Shown here piece by piece: positions 35,772 to 45,701 of a DNA stretch of 64,000 bases. The stretch lies in assembly GCA_035938395.1 (NCBI GenBank), contig DASZGY010000080.1, forward strand, positions 1,188 through 65,187, given 5' to 3'. Source of the DNA: Acidimicrobiia bacterium. Lineage in GTDB: Bacteria > Actinomycetota > Acidimicrobiia > IMCC26256 > JACDBD01. Position numbers and translations under genes: made by a program. The notes below the pieces were generated by a model. It searched no databases, was not told the DNA's origin, and was given only the letters and a program-made list of their open reading frames with translations. How positions within the stretch are numbered: position 1 is the first letter of the stretch; each line of letters starts with the position of its first letter.

Positions 35772-36845
35772 TCAACCCGCCTGGGCCGTGACTCGACCAG
35801 CTGCCGGCTCGCGATCAGCCAGCAGGTCGCGAACACGCGGGATGACTTGCGTGCCGTAGAGATCGATGTTGGTCATGAGCGCGTCGTGGGAGAGGCCGCC
35901 CATCCCGTATTTCAAGTCGAAACGGGTCGCGCCGAGGTCCGGGAGATTCGCCGCGATCTTCTGGGCCACGGTCTCCGGGGACCCGACGTACAGCGCCCCT
36001 TGTGGTCCCACCTCGTAGTTGAAGGACTCCCTGCTGGGCACGGCGAACCCGCGGCTCTTGCTGACGCGGCGAATGACGTCGACGTAGCGCGGGAAGAACT
36101 CGTCGCGGGCCTGCTCGTCGGTCACGGCGATGTGACCGGGCGAGTGGACGCCGATGGGCCGAACCGGGTGCCCGAAGCTCTCCAGAGCCTGGTGGAACAG
36201 GTCGGAGAAACCTGCGAAGCGCGACGGGGGCCCGCCGATGATCGCGAGCATGAGCGAGAACCCGTACCGCGCGGCGCGGATGACCGACTCGGGACTGCCG
36301 CCAACGCCGATCCAGACGGGCAGAGGCGGGGATTCGACATGCGGTACGACGTCCTGGTCGCTCAGCGACGCTCGTGTCTTGCCTCGCCAGGAGACGGGTC
36401 CGCCCTTGACGAGCTCGGCGAAGAGATTGGTCTTCTCTTCGAAGAGCTCCTCGTAGTCGGCAAGGTGGTAGCCGAAGAGCGGGAAGGAGTCGACGCTGGA
36501 ACCTCGCCCCAAGATGACCTCCGCTCGCCCACCTGAGACGGCGTCGAGCGTGGAGTAGCGCTGGAACACCCGGACGGGATCGTCCGAGCTCAGGACCGTC
36601 ACCGCCGACCCGAGGCGGATTCGGGTGGTGCGTGCGGCGATGGCCCCGAGGGCCACGTCGGCCGCGGACATCGGGAAGTCATCGGTGTGGTGTTCGCCGA
36701 TCCCGAAGAAATCGACGCCGACCTGGTCGGCAAGGACGCCTTGTTCGACGACGTTCCGGATCGTCTGGGCATGCGAGAGTGGACGGTCGTCTTCGTCGTG
36801 CGTGACGTCGCCGAATGTGTCGAGGCCGAGCACGAGCGGAGTCAC
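35772..36845 (-). CDS. LLM-class flavin/F420-dependent oxidoreductase (luciferase-like)
   Basis: FFGIGEHHTDDF and the TIM-barrel LLM pattern. Start trimmed to GTG 36845, 1 nt after the YceI stop. Confidence 0.85.
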   Translation of the reverse strand: MTPLVLGLDTFGDVTHDEDDRPLSHAQTIRNVVEQGVLADQVGVDFFGIGEHHTDDFPMSAADVALGAIAARTTRIRLGSAVTVLSSDDPVRVFQRYSTLDAVSGGRAEVILGRGSSVDSFPLFGYHLADYEELFEEKTNLFAELVKGGPVSWRGKTRASLSDQDVVPHVESPPLPVWIGVGGSPESVIRAARYGFSLMLAIIGGPPSRFAGFSDLFHQALESFGHPVRPIGVHSPGHIAVTDEQARDEFFPRYVDVIRRVSKSRGFAVPSRESFNYEVGPQGALYVGSPETVAQKIAANLPDLGATRFDLKYGMGGLSHDALMTNIDLYGTQVIPRVRDLLADREPAAGRVTAQAG

Positions 36846-36846
36846 G

Positions 36847-37437
36847 TCAAGACTCTCCGTCGTCGGACTGCTTGATCGCCTCGATCTCGAACTCGAGGCG
36901 CGCCTTCTTGCCCACCAGGACACCGCCTGCTTCGACGGCCATGTTCCACGTCAGTCCAAAGTCCTCGCGATCGACCTCGGTGGTGGCCGAGAAGCCGGCC
37001 CGCCGGTCACCCATCGGATCGGGTGTCCAGCCGTGATACTCGACCTCGAGGCTGACGCCGCGTGTGACGCCGTGGACCGTCAGATCACCGTGCACGAGGA
37101 AGCGTCCGGGCGACTCCCCTTCGACTCTCGTGCTCTTGAACGTGATCTGCGGGTAGCGCTCGACGTCGAAGAAGTCGGGCGAACGCAAGTGCTCGTCACG
37201 CTTCTCGTCCCCGCTCTCGACACTGGCCGCGTCGATGTCGACCTCGACCCACGACCGGGCCGGGTCCTCGGCGACGTGGATCGTGCCGTTGACCTTCGTG
37301 AACCTGCCTCGGACCTTGCTCACCATCAGGTGCCGGGCCACGAACTCGACGCTCGTGTGCACCGGGTCCAGCTGCCACTCGCCCGGGTCGGGCAGTGCGA
37401 TCCCCTCGATCACGCGGTCTTCTTGGATCTGGCTCAT
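36847..37437 (-). CDS. YceI family protein
   Basis: WQLDPVHTSVEFVARHLMVSKVRGRF and GDLTVHGVTRGVSLEVEY YceI signatures. ATG 37437 with GGAGGA 7 nt upstream. Confidence 0.9.
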   Translation of the reverse strand: MSQIQEDRVIEGIALPDPGEWQLDPVHTSVEFVARHLMVSKVRGRFTKVNGTIHVAEDPARSWVEVDIDAASVESGDEKRDEHLRSPDFFDVERYPQITFKSTRVEGESPGRFLVHGDLTVHGVTRGVSLEVEYHGWTPDPMGDRRAGFSATTEVDREDFGLTWNMAVEAGGVLVGKKARLEFEIEAIKQSDDGES

Positions 37438-37467
37438 GGTCGTGTCCTCCGTTTTGATGACACGTCC

Positions 37468-37496
37468 ACAATATCCTCGTTTGGATGACGTGTCAA
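37468..37496 (-). promoter_or_regulatory. near-consensus sigma-70-type promoter for yceI-LLM
   Basis: On the minus strand: TTGACA (37496-37491), a 17-nt spacer, then TATTGT (37473-37468). It ends about 30 nt upstream of the yceI ATG, in a locally AT-richer patch. Confidence 0.5.
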
Positions 37497-37592
37497 CAAA
37501 CACTTCCGTTCACGGTCAGGACGCCAACCGGACATTTCCCCCCCATGAGCCCACCTACCGGCCAGGCGCCTCAACGTGGAACTCGTCGCCGG

Positions 37593-38936
37593 TCATGCCG
37601 GTTCGGTCGCCTGTTCGGTGGTGGATTCGAGTGCGAGCTCGCCCGTGTTGACGTCGTACTCGAAGAGCTCCCCGTATCGACCCCAGTCGATCGCGATGTC
37701 GAGTTGGCGGCGCGCTTCCTCTTCGCTGAAGCCGCGCCGGAGCGTGTCGAGGAAGAAGGCCTCGGAGAGGCGACCGTCGATGCTCGCCGCAAGGGCGTTG
37801 CTGATCGAGCGTACGAGGGGTGCGCGTTCGGAGGCTTGCCGGGCGAAGAGCTGTTTGGTGGTGAGGATGTCAGCGGTGACGAACTCGCGCCCGGAGTCTG
37901 TGACGATCAGGTCCGCGGTCTCGACGGTCGCCAGACCGAGCATCACGGCCCCGTCGACGAGCGGCAACAGGTCGTCCACCTCGAGGTTGAGATCGTGTGC
38001 GAGGGCAGGAAGGTCCTCCTCGCCGCCGCGGGCAACGAGGATCTCGAGCAGGCCGGCCACGCCGCCCACGCTGGCGTGGGGAAGCGGTTGCTCGGTGGGC
38101 GAGGGGCGCTCGACGGTCGGCGTGGGCGGCGCGGTGATCGGCTCTTGGTCGCGGCCGGTCATGATGCGGTAGATCTCGTCGACGAGCTCCTCGAAGCCGG
38201 GAGCATGGCGCTCGCGGGGTCGTTGGAGGTCGACGGCGAGCTCGGCTTGGATGCGTCCCGGGTTGGAGCTCAAGACGAGGACGCGGTCGGCGAGCTGGAC
38301 CGCTTCTTCGATGTTGTGCGTGACGATGAGCATGGCGCGGGTCGGGAAGTCGTCACGCTCCCAGAGAGCGAGCAGCTCGGTGCGCAGGTTCTCGGCGGTC
38401 AGGACGTCCAGGGCCGAGAATGGTTCGTCCATGAACAAAGCGTCCGGCTCGACGACGAGCGCGCGGGCAAAGCCGACGCGCTGGCGCATGCCGCCGGACA
38501 GCTCCTTCGGGTAGGCGGTCTCGAAGCCGTCGAGGCCGATGAGGTCGATGGCGCGTTCGGCGCGGTCGCGACGCTCCCCCGCCGGGACGCCGCGGGCTTC
38601 GAGCCCGAGCTCCACGTTCTGTCGAACCGTCAACCACGGGAGCAGGGCGAAGGTCTGGAAGACCATCGCGATATGGGAAGTCGGGACGCGAAGCGGCTCC
38701 CCGCCGAAGAGGGCTCGCCCCGAGGTGGGTGCGATCAGTCCGGCGAGCAGGCGGAGCGTGGTCGACTTGCCTGAGCCCGACTTCCCGAGGAGCGCCACGA
38801 TCTCGCCTTCGCGCAACTCGAAGCTCACGTCCTCGAGCACCGGCAGAGGCTTCCCGTCGGGTGTGGTGAATGCCTTGGTGAGGTGGTCGGCCGCGAGGAT
38901 CACCTCTCGGTCGCCGCTGCGCAGTCGTGGGCTCAT
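37593..38936 (-). CDS. ABC transporter ATP-binding protein (NitT/TauT-like) with C-terminal AAA-associated domain
   Basis: Walker A GKSGSGKST, LSGGMRQR, LFMDEPFSALD. A roughly 170-aa C-terminal extension (GGVAGLLEILVARGG...DLPLVDGAVMLGL) resembles the AAA-associated C-terminal domain. Confidence 0.85.
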   Translation of the reverse strand: MSPRLRSGDREVILAADHLTKAFTTPDGKPLPVLEDVSFELREGEIVALLGKSGSGKSTTLRLLAGLIAPTSGRALFGGEPLRVPTSHIAMVFQTFALLPWLTVRQNVELGLEARGVPAGERRDRAERAIDLIGLDGFETAYPKELSGGMRQRVGFARALVVEPDALFMDEPFSALDVLTAENLRTELLALWERDDFPTRAMLIVTHNIEEAVQLADRVLVLSSNPGRIQAELAVDLQRPRERHAPGFEELVDEIYRIMTGRDQEPITAPPTPTVERPSPTEQPLPHASVGGVAGLLEILVARGGEEDLPALAHDLNLEVDDLLPLVDGAVMLGLATVETADLIVTDSGREFVTADILTTKQLFARQASERAPLVRSISNALAASIDGRLSEAFFLDTLRRGFSEEEARRQLDIAIDWGRYGELFEYDVNTGELALESTTEQATEPA

Positions 38937-38985
38937 GTCGGTTGCTCTCCGGTCGGGTGCGATCGTCGTGGCCGCAGCAGCCCGT

Positions 38986-40722
38986 TCACAGCGAGTACCT
39001 CGTCTCGGCGAGGTGGAAGAGGCGGCGCCAGACGAGCCGGTTCAGCCCGACGACGTAGACGCTCATCACGATGATGCCGGTGAGCACCTTGGCGAAGTCG
39101 CCGTTCGCGGTGGCTTCGGCGATGTAGGCGCCGAGGCCGGTGGCGAAAAGCGTGGTACTTCCGTAGGTCACGACCTCGGCGACGATGGACGCGTTCCAGG
39201 CGCCGCCGGCAGCCGTGATCCCGCCTGTGACGTAGAAGGGGAAGATGGCGGGCAGGATAAGCCGCCGCCATCGCTGCCAGCCGCGCACACCGAAGTTGTC
39301 CATCGCCTCGCGGAGATCGGATGGAATCGCCATGGCGCCGGCGATGGTGTTGAACAGGATGTACCACTGGGCGCCGAGCGCCATGAGCACGATGCCGCCC
39401 ACGTTCAGGCTGATGCTGGTGGCGATGAAGAACGCGGCGGCAAAAGGGAACAGGAAGTTGGCCGGGAACGAGGCGAGGACCTGCACGATGGGCTGCGCGT
39501 AACGCGCCAGGCGGGGTGAGAGCCCGATCTTGACGCCGATCGGCACCCAGATCAGGGTCGACGCCGCAACGACGATCACCACGCGCGCGAACGTGATGGC
39601 ACCGAGCCAGAAGGCATGCGGAAACTCGCCGAGCCCGATCGTGTCCTGCACGTAGGCGAGCGCGGTCCACGCTCCCCACACAGCCACGCCGGCGACGGCG
39701 ACGCCGAACACGGTATCGCCGGCCCGGCGGCGCCCCGGGCTCGTCGCGAGTGGACGATCGGCGGTACCGAAGGCACGCGTCCCGCGGTCGAGCCATCCTG
39801 TGACCGGACGCATCGGCCGGCCGAGGAGATGCGGGACCTGCGACCGCCGGAGGGTGTCGAGCATGATGCTGCGGGGTGCCTCGGCGGCCTCGGTCTGTTC
39901 GTTGCGGAACTTCTCGGACCACGCGACGAGCGGCCGCCAGAACAGGAAGTTCACGGCGAGCACCATGATGATCATGACCCCGATCGCCAACAGCACCCTG
40001 CCCAGCTCGGACTGCTTGCTGGCGGTGGCGACGTAACTCCCGATTCCAGGCAGGGCGTAGGAGTGCCTGTTCACGGTGATGGCCTCGGACGCGGTCAGGA
40101 AGAACCATCCACCACCGAAGCTCATCATCCCGTTCCAGACGAGGCCGATCATCGAGCCGGGGACGTCGAGCTTCCAGAAGCGTTGCCACTTCGTGAGGCG
40201 CATCACGCGAGCGGCTTCGTCGAGCTCGCGCGGTTGAGTGATGAGTGAGTGATAGAAGCTGAAGGTCAGGTTCCAGGCTTGGGACGTGAAGATCGCGAAG
40301 ATCGACGCGCACTCCAACCCCAGCAAGGAGTGCGGGAACAAGGCGAGGAACGCGGTGACCGTGATCGAGAGGAAGCCGAGAATCGGCACCGACTGCAGGA
40401 TGTCCAGCAGAGGAATCAGGACCTTCTCGGCGCGTCGGAGTCGAGCCGCCGCCGTCGCGTAGACGAGCGTGAAGCCCACCGAGAGGCCGAGAGCGATGAA
40501 CATGCGCGACAACGACCGCAACGCATAGCCCGGCAGTCGCGCCGGATCGGTCGACACCGACGCCTGTGCACGCGACGGCGTGAATGGCACGTTGACCGCT
40601 TGCCCCAGCCGGTACACGCCGTAGAGCAGCCCGAGTACACCCGCGCCGACAATGAGGTCGACGAGGCGTAGCTGAGGGCGTCGCAGGACCCCACGGGTCG
40701 GAAACGGCCGAGACACGGCCAT
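38986..40722 (-). CDS. ABC transporter permease (duplicated BPD-type membrane domain)
   Basis: 578 aa with about 12 hydrophobic segments arranged as two repeated halves. Lies 49 bp upstream of the ATPase gene. Confidence 0.85.
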   Translation of the reverse strand: MAVSRPFPTRGVLRRPQLRLVDLIVGAGVLGLLYGVYRLGQAVNVPFTPSRAQASVSTDPARLPGYALRSLSRMFIALGLSVGFTLVYATAAARLRRAEKVLIPLLDILQSVPILGFLSITVTAFLALFPHSLLGLECASIFAIFTSQAWNLTFSFYHSLITQPRELDEAARVMRLTKWQRFWKLDVPGSMIGLVWNGMMSFGGGWFFLTASEAITVNRHSYALPGIGSYVATASKQSELGRVLLAIGVMIIMVLAVNFLFWRPLVAWSEKFRNEQTEAAEAPRSIMLDTLRRSQVPHLLGRPMRPVTGWLDRGTRAFGTADRPLATSPGRRRAGDTVFGVAVAGVAVWGAWTALAYVQDTIGLGEFPHAFWLGAITFARVVIVVAASTLIWVPIGVKIGLSPRLARYAQPIVQVLASFPANFLFPFAAAFFIATSISLNVGGIVLMALGAQWYILFNTIAGAMAIPSDLREAMDNFGVRGWQRWRRLILPAIFPFYVTGGITAAGGAWNASIVAEVVTYGSTTLFATGLGAYIAEATANGDFAKVLTGIIVMSVYVVGLNRLVWRRLFHLAETRYSL

Positions 40723-40896
40723 CGGGATTCACCTCCTCTCGGAACGAGCTCACCGACGCGCGCCGCGCCGGATTCTGCTGCGCTGCCGCTCGGCGCGCGA
40801 CCTCGGCTGGATCTCGCCGGACCTCCGTGGCGGACGAGGGATGGTAACATGAACACCTCTTCATAGATCACGGGCAAAGGACCGGCGACCAGCCCA

Positions 40897-41256
40897 TTGA
40901 CACCCGATTCAGGCAACCGAGTCGACGATGACCGGGCCGGCGATCACGTGGTGCTCATGGCCGACGTGTTCGCGATGCTCTCGGATCCGGGGCGCCTTCG
41001 GCTGCTGCTCGCGCTGCGGGAGGCTCCCGAGCGCAGCGTGTCCGATCTCGTGGACGACACCGGCATCGCCCAGTCCGCGGTTTCGCATGCGCTGCGTCTC
41101 TTGCGCGCTTACCGAGTCGTCGGTGTGCGCCGCGAAGGCCGCCGCGCGTACTACGCAATCACTGACGACCACGTGCGTCTTTTGCTCGACGCGACGCTCG
41201 AGCATCTGCGCAGCCATGACGCGCCCTCCGGCGAGCGTTCCCGCGATGCCAGCTGA
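40897..41256 (+). CDS. ArsR/SmtB family metalloregulator
   Basis: Winged-helix region FAMLSDPGRLRLLLAL...SVSDLVDDTGIAQSAVSHALRLLR...RREGRRAYYAI. Confidence 0.85.
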   Translation: MTPDSGNRVDDDRAGDHVVLMADVFAMLSDPGRLRLLLALREAPERSVSDLVDDTGIAQSAVSHALRLLRAYRVVGVRREGRRAYYAITDDHVRLLLDATLEHLRSHDAPSGERSRDAS

Positions 41257-42325
41257 GCGCCGTCAGAACCAGCACGTCGAGACCGGGGATCAGCAGCACC
41301 CGTCCGGCCCACGAGCCTGGCTCGGTGAGATCTTCCGGCCGCACTCCCACGACGCCGCCGACTCGATCGACTCCGCGCTCGAGTCGTCGGAGCGCGGTAT
41401 CAGGGCCGTGAAGATCTCGTTCGGAGCGCTGCTCCTCACATCAGCTCTTCAGCTCGCCGTCATCGTCTTCTCGGGGTCCGTCGCACTCCTTGCCGACACC
41501 ATCCACAACTTCGGCGATGCCCTTACCGCGGTCCCGTTGTTTCTCGCTTTCCGGCTCGCGCGCCGTCCCCCGACCCGCCGGTACACGTACGGCTACGGAC
41601 GTGCTGAAGACGTCGCCGGTCTCTTCGTGATCGCGATGATCACGTTGTCGGCGGTCATCGCCGCGTACGAAGCACTCAGACGGCTGGCAGCTCCCCACGG
41701 AATCGACCACCTCGGTTGGGTCGCCGCCGCCGGTGTCGTCGGCTTCCTCGGGAACGAGCTCGTCGCGCGGTACCGGATTCACGAAGGGCGCGCCATAGGC
41801 TCCGCCGCTCTCGCCACCGACGGGTATCACGCCCGGACCGATGGGTTCACCTCGCTCGCGGTCGTACTCGGCGCCATCGGAGTGTGGCTCGGCTTCGACG
41901 CCGCCGACCCGATCGCGGGACTCGTGATCTCCCTCGCCATCCTCGTCGTGCTCCGCACCGCAGTCATGGACATCCTGCGGCGACTCATGAACAGCGTCGA
42001 TCCTCAACTTGTGGACCTCATCGAGCACGAAGCCGGCGACACCCCCGGCGTCCGCGCCGTGCACGACGTCCAGGTCCGCTGGGAAGGGCACCGCCTCCAC
42101 GCCGAGCTCGACATCGGCATCGACCCGGCGATGTCCCTCACCGAGGGCCACGACCTCGCTCACGACGTCGAAGACACGCTCATCCACCACATCGCACATC
42201 TGGACGCCGCATCGGTCCACGTCGAGCCCGAGGACAACACGGCTGCCGACGCCCATTCACGCGACCATCACCGCGCGTCAGCCGGAGATCGCCGTCCACA
42301 GGGCGATCGCGCCGAGTATCAGTAG
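41246..42325 (+). CDS. cation diffusion facilitator (CDF) family metal efflux transporter
   Basis: HSHD N-terminus, TM2 LLADTIHNFGDALT and TM5 ATDGYHARTD (HxxxD pairs), and a C-terminal cytoplasmic domain. ATG 41246 overlaps the ArsR gene end by 11 nt. Confidence 0.88.
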   Translation: MPAERRQNQHVETGDQQHPSGPRAWLGEIFRPHSHDAADSIDSALESSERGIRAVKISFGALLLTSALQLAVIVFSGSVALLADTIHNFGDALTAVPLFLAFRLARRPPTRRYTYGYGRAEDVAGLFVIAMITLSAVIAAYEALRRLAAPHGIDHLGWVAAAGVVGFLGNELVARYRIHEGRAIGSAALATDGYHARTDGFTSLAVVLGAIGVWLGFDAADPIAGLVISLAILVVLRTAVMDILRRLMNSVDPQLVDLIEHEAGDTPGVRAVHDVQVRWEGHRLHAELDIGIDPAMSLTEGHDLAHDVEDTLIHHIAHLDAASVHVEPEDNTAADAHSRDHHRASAGDRRPQGDRAEYQ

Positions 42326-42862
42326 CACCGCTCCCGTGATCCGGCGCAACACCGCGATCGGCACGGAACGAAGCAGGCCCTGGCCGCCGAGGACGGCGAG
42401 CCCCGCCACCGACCACAGCGCCAACACCGAGCCGAGTCCCACGCTCAACGCCGAGTGGTAATGCGCCGCCAGGTTGGCTGTCAGCAGCTGGGTCAGATCG
42501 CCCCACTCGGCTACGAAGATCACCACGAATGCTGTCGTCACCGTGCGGCGATGGCTCGCCGCCTCCCGAGCGACGAGGCCACTGGAATCGCGGCGACCGG
42601 CTTCTACGAATGCATACACCGCCCCGCCGAGGAACATCACCGCAACCCCGGCGTCGACCACCCGCGACGGCAACAGGGCGAACAACCCCACGCCGACCGT
42701 CGTCGCGATCACCACATGCACGAGGAAGGCGCCTGCGGCACCCACCCACACAGCCCAGGCACGGCCCCTCGACGCGAGCAACAACGACGCGAACATCGTC
42801 TTGTCCGGCAGCTCGCCGACGAAGATCACCGGGAACACGGCCGCGGCGATTGCGAAGTTCAT
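42278..42862 (-). CDS. GDT1/TMEM165 (UPF0016) family cation transporter
   Basis: Two E-x-G-D-(K/L)-T-type motifs (GELPDKT and AEWGDLTQ) in a two-repeat membrane protein. Trimmed to ATG 42862. Confidence 0.8.
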   Translation of the reverse strand: MNFAIAAAVFPVIFVGELPDKTMFASLLLASRGRAWAVWVGAAGAFLVHVVIATTVGVGLFALLPSRVVDAGVAVMFLGGAVYAFVEAGRRDSSGLVAREAASHRRTVTTAFVVIFVAEWGDLTQLLTANLAAHYHSALSVGLGSVLALWSVAGLAVLGGQGLLRSVPIAVLRRITGAVLLILGAIALWTAISG

Positions 42863-42893
42863 CGCACGCTCCAGCGGGGACGCGAGGGCTGGG

Positions 42894-43328
42894 TCAGGCG
42901 CCCGTGGGAGCGATGAGCTCGACCTCGAAGCCGTCGCGGTCTTCGAGGTACGCGACCCGGCCTCCGCGTGCAACGGGATTGCGATCGAGCGGTAATCCGT
43001 ATTGCGCAGCTCGGCTGCTCGGTTGGCGACTGACCGGCAGCGCTGACCATCCGTGCTCGAACGCTCGACTCGTGATGTCGGAAAGTGCCGAATTCGAGTC
43101 GAGCGCGAAAGCGAGATGGTTCAGTCCCGGCCGGAAGCGGCTGTACAGCATTCCAGTCACCATGTCCGAGGACTGTTCAAGGACCACGGCAAATCCGCTG
43201 CCGTGACGGAAGAGCAAGAAACTCTCGCCCGAGTAGTCGACTGCGTATCCGAGTTCGCCGAGCAGCCATCCCCACGATTCTGCGGCTCGCTCTATGTCAG
43301 GCACCCAGAGTGTCAAGTGATCCAGCAC
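42894..43328 (-). CDS. VOC (glyoxalase/bleomycin-resistance/dioxygenase) family protein
   Basis: LDHLTLWVPDIERA...GLNHLAF...EDRDGFEVELI beta-alpha-beta-beta-beta pattern. GTG start at 43328. Confidence 0.75.
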   Translation of the reverse strand: MLDHLTLWVPDIERAAESWGWLLGELGYAVDYSGESFLLFRHGSGFAVVLEQSSDMVTGMLYSRFRPGLNHLAFALDSNSALSDITSRAFEHGWSALPVSRQPSSRAAQYGLPLDRNPVARGGRVAYLEDRDGFEVELIAPTGA

Positions 43329-43372
43329 TGGCCGAGCGTAGCGATACGCGAGCGGGTGTGGGTGTGCGCGAG

Positions 43373-45649
43373 CTATTCGATGTGCAGTTGCGTCCGAAGA
43401 TCGTCGGAGGGATCCGGTCGGAGCCCGGCGCCGACTTCGATCGTCACGGTGCGCAACACTCCGGTCCACCGGAACGGCACCTGGTAGTCGTCGGTCACCG
43501 GAAATCCCCGATCGTGGCCGAGGCGCAGCGACGAACCGCCGTGCTGCCAGATCACGGGCAGCGGGAACGGCAACGTGCTCTCACCGATCGTGTCGTCGTC
43601 GCAGAACAGCTCGAGCTTCGGGCCGGCGGGTCCCGGCGCATAGACGCACCCGAGCGCGTGGTCACCCGGAGGGACGGCCATGGCACTCTCGACCGCCGTC
43701 CCGTCACCGGCCCGGTTCAACGCGTACACCAGCCGACCCTCGCGAACGTAGAGCGCGAAGCCGCCCGTCCAGTCGCCCATCGCGCAAAGGACGCCCGCGG
43801 CGTCGGACGGAATGGTGACATCGGCGGTGATGCGCACGCCGGCGAACATCCGCGCCACCGAATCGTCGGGTACCGGACCACCCTCGGGCCGATACACCAC
43901 TCGCGGCCCCGGTGCATTGGGGACCGGCATCATCGCCGAGATCCGACCGATGAGCTCGTCGACCAGGGGGAAGACGTCGTTGCGTCCTGCCTCCACCATC
44001 CAGCGCTCCTGCAGCGTGCGTAGGCGTCCGGGGTGCTCGGCGGCGACGTCGTGGGCTTCGGCGAAGTCTTCCTCCAGGTTGAAGAGCAGCCAGGTGTCGT
44101 CGGCGAAGGCGCGACTGCCTTCGAGGAGGCGCTCCTCGTCCATCACGCCCTTCGACACATGGTCGGTGGTCGCCTTCCAACCGTCGAGGAAGATCGACCG
44201 TGACCCGAGCATCTCGAAGTACTGCACGTCGCGCGGCGACGGTGCGTCAGCGTCGGCGAAGGTCGGCGCGATCGAGACGCCGTCGATCGGTTGTTGGGTC
44301 ACGCCGTCGACGATCTCGGGCGGGGCGACGCCGGCACGCTCGAGCACGGTGGGTGCGAGATCGATCGCGTGCACGAACTGCTCGCGCACTTCACCGCGCG
44401 CGGCGAACCCGTTCGGGTGATGCACGATGAGCGGGGTCCGGCAACCCCCGAGCCAGGTGTATCGCTTCCAGAGCCGCAAGGGTGTGTTGCCGGCCCACGC
44501 CCATCCCCACGAGTAGTGCGGATAGGTGCGCACGCCACCCAGCTCGTCGTTCCAGACCGCGTTCCCGGCCACCGTGTCCGGCACGTGTTGCGTGAAGCGG
44601 TGCTCGTTGAAGGTCCCGAGCACGCCGCCCTCGGCGCTCGCGCCGTTGTCGGAGACCAGGATGACGATCGTGTCGTCGAGGATGCCGAGCTTCTCGAGCT
44701 GTTCGACGACGCGGCCGATCTGCGCGTCGGTGTGCGTCAGGAAGCCGGCGAAAACCTCCTGTTGACGTGCCAACATGCGCTGCTCCTCGGCCGGGAGCGT
44801 GTCCCAGTTCGCGATCCAACTCGGGCGCTCGCCCAGGTCGGTGCCCTCGGGAACCACCCCGAGCTCCACCTGGCGGGCGAACACCTCGTCGCGCCACCGT
44901 TCCCACCCGCCGTCGAACCGACCCTGGTACGGCTCGATCCACTCGGGCGGAACGTGGTGCGGTGAGTGCACGGCGCCGGGCGCGAAGTAGAGGAAGAACG
45001 GCCGGTCGGGCGCGGCCTGCTGTTGCTCGGTGACGTAGCGGATCGCCTGGTCGGCCAGGTCCTCCCCGAGGTGATAGCCGTCGGCCGGCGACTTCGGCGC
45101 GTCCACGTAGTGGTTGTCGCGCACGAGGTTCGGCACCCACTGGTTCGTGTCACCCTGCAGGAACCCGTAGTAGCGCTCGAAGCCGAAGCCCAGCGGCCAG
45201 CGGTCGAACGGGCCTGCGTTCCCGCGCTCACCCGCGGGAACGAGATGCCACTTTCCTACCGCGAGCGTGTTGTAGCCCGCGTCGCGCAGCACCCGTGGCA
45301 ATGGCGCGGCTGACTTCGGGATCCGCCCGGTGTATCCCGGGAAGCTCATCGGGAGATCGGTCAGGAATCCGACGCCGACGGCATGGTGATTGCGTCCGGT
45401 GAGCAGACACGCCCGCGTCGGTGAGCAGATCGCGGTCACGTGGAAGCGGTTGTAGCGGAGGCCGCCCGCGGCGAGGCGGTCGACGTGGGGCGTGTCGATT
45501 CCCGACCCGAAACAGCCGAGCTGCCCGAAGCCCATGTCGTCCAACACGACCAACACGACATTCGGCGCTCCCGGGCGGGGCTTCGGGATCGGGTAATCCC
45601 CCGCGGTCGATGTCTCGATGGTCGCTCCCAGTACCGGTCGGCTGCTCAT
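43373..45649 (-). CDS. arylsulfatase (Cys-type, formylglycine-dependent)
   Basis: VVLVVLDDMGFG and the sulfatase signature CSPTRACLLTGRNHH. The 758-aa size is similar to mycobacterial AtsA-type enzymes. Confidence 0.9.
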   Translation of the reverse strand: MSSRPVLGATIETSTAGDYPIPKPRPGAPNVVLVVLDDMGFGQLGCFGSGIDTPHVDRLAAGGLRYNRFHVTAICSPTRACLLTGRNHHAVGVGFLTDLPMSFPGYTGRIPKSAAPLPRVLRDAGYNTLAVGKWHLVPAGERGNAGPFDRWPLGFGFERYYGFLQGDTNQWVPNLVRDNHYVDAPKSPADGYHLGEDLADQAIRYVTEQQQAAPDRPFFLYFAPGAVHSPHHVPPEWIEPYQGRFDGGWERWRDEVFARQVELGVVPEGTDLGERPSWIANWDTLPAEEQRMLARQQEVFAGFLTHTDAQIGRVVEQLEKLGILDDTIVILVSDNGASAEGGVLGTFNEHRFTQHVPDTVAGNAVWNDELGGVRTYPHYSWGWAWAGNTPLRLWKRYTWLGGCRTPLIVHHPNGFAARGEVREQFVHAIDLAPTVLERAGVAPPEIVDGVTQQPIDGVSIAPTFADADAPSPRDVQYFEMLGSRSIFLDGWKATTDHVSKGVMDEERLLEGSRAFADDTWLLFNLEEDFAEAHDVAAEHPGRLRTLQERWMVEAGRNDVFPLVDELIGRISAMMPVPNAPGPRVVYRPEGGPVPDDSVARMFAGVRITADVTIPSDAAGVLCAMGDWTGGFALYVREGRLVYALNRAGDGTAVESAMAVPPGDHALGCVYAPGPAGPKLELFCDDDTIGESTLPFPLPVIWQHGGSSLRLGHDRGFPVTDDYQVPFRWTGVLRTVTIEVGAGLRPDPSDDLRTQLHIE

Positions 45650-45701
45650 GGGTGAGGTGGTCCATTCGTCGTCGCCAAGGTGTCGCCTCCTAGCGCACTC
45701 G

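Noticed and set aside
43373-45649. The Cys-type sulfatase has no adjacent formylglycine-generating enzyme.
   Set aside because: FGE genes are frequently unlinked to sulfatase genes, so its absence within 64 kb is not informative.
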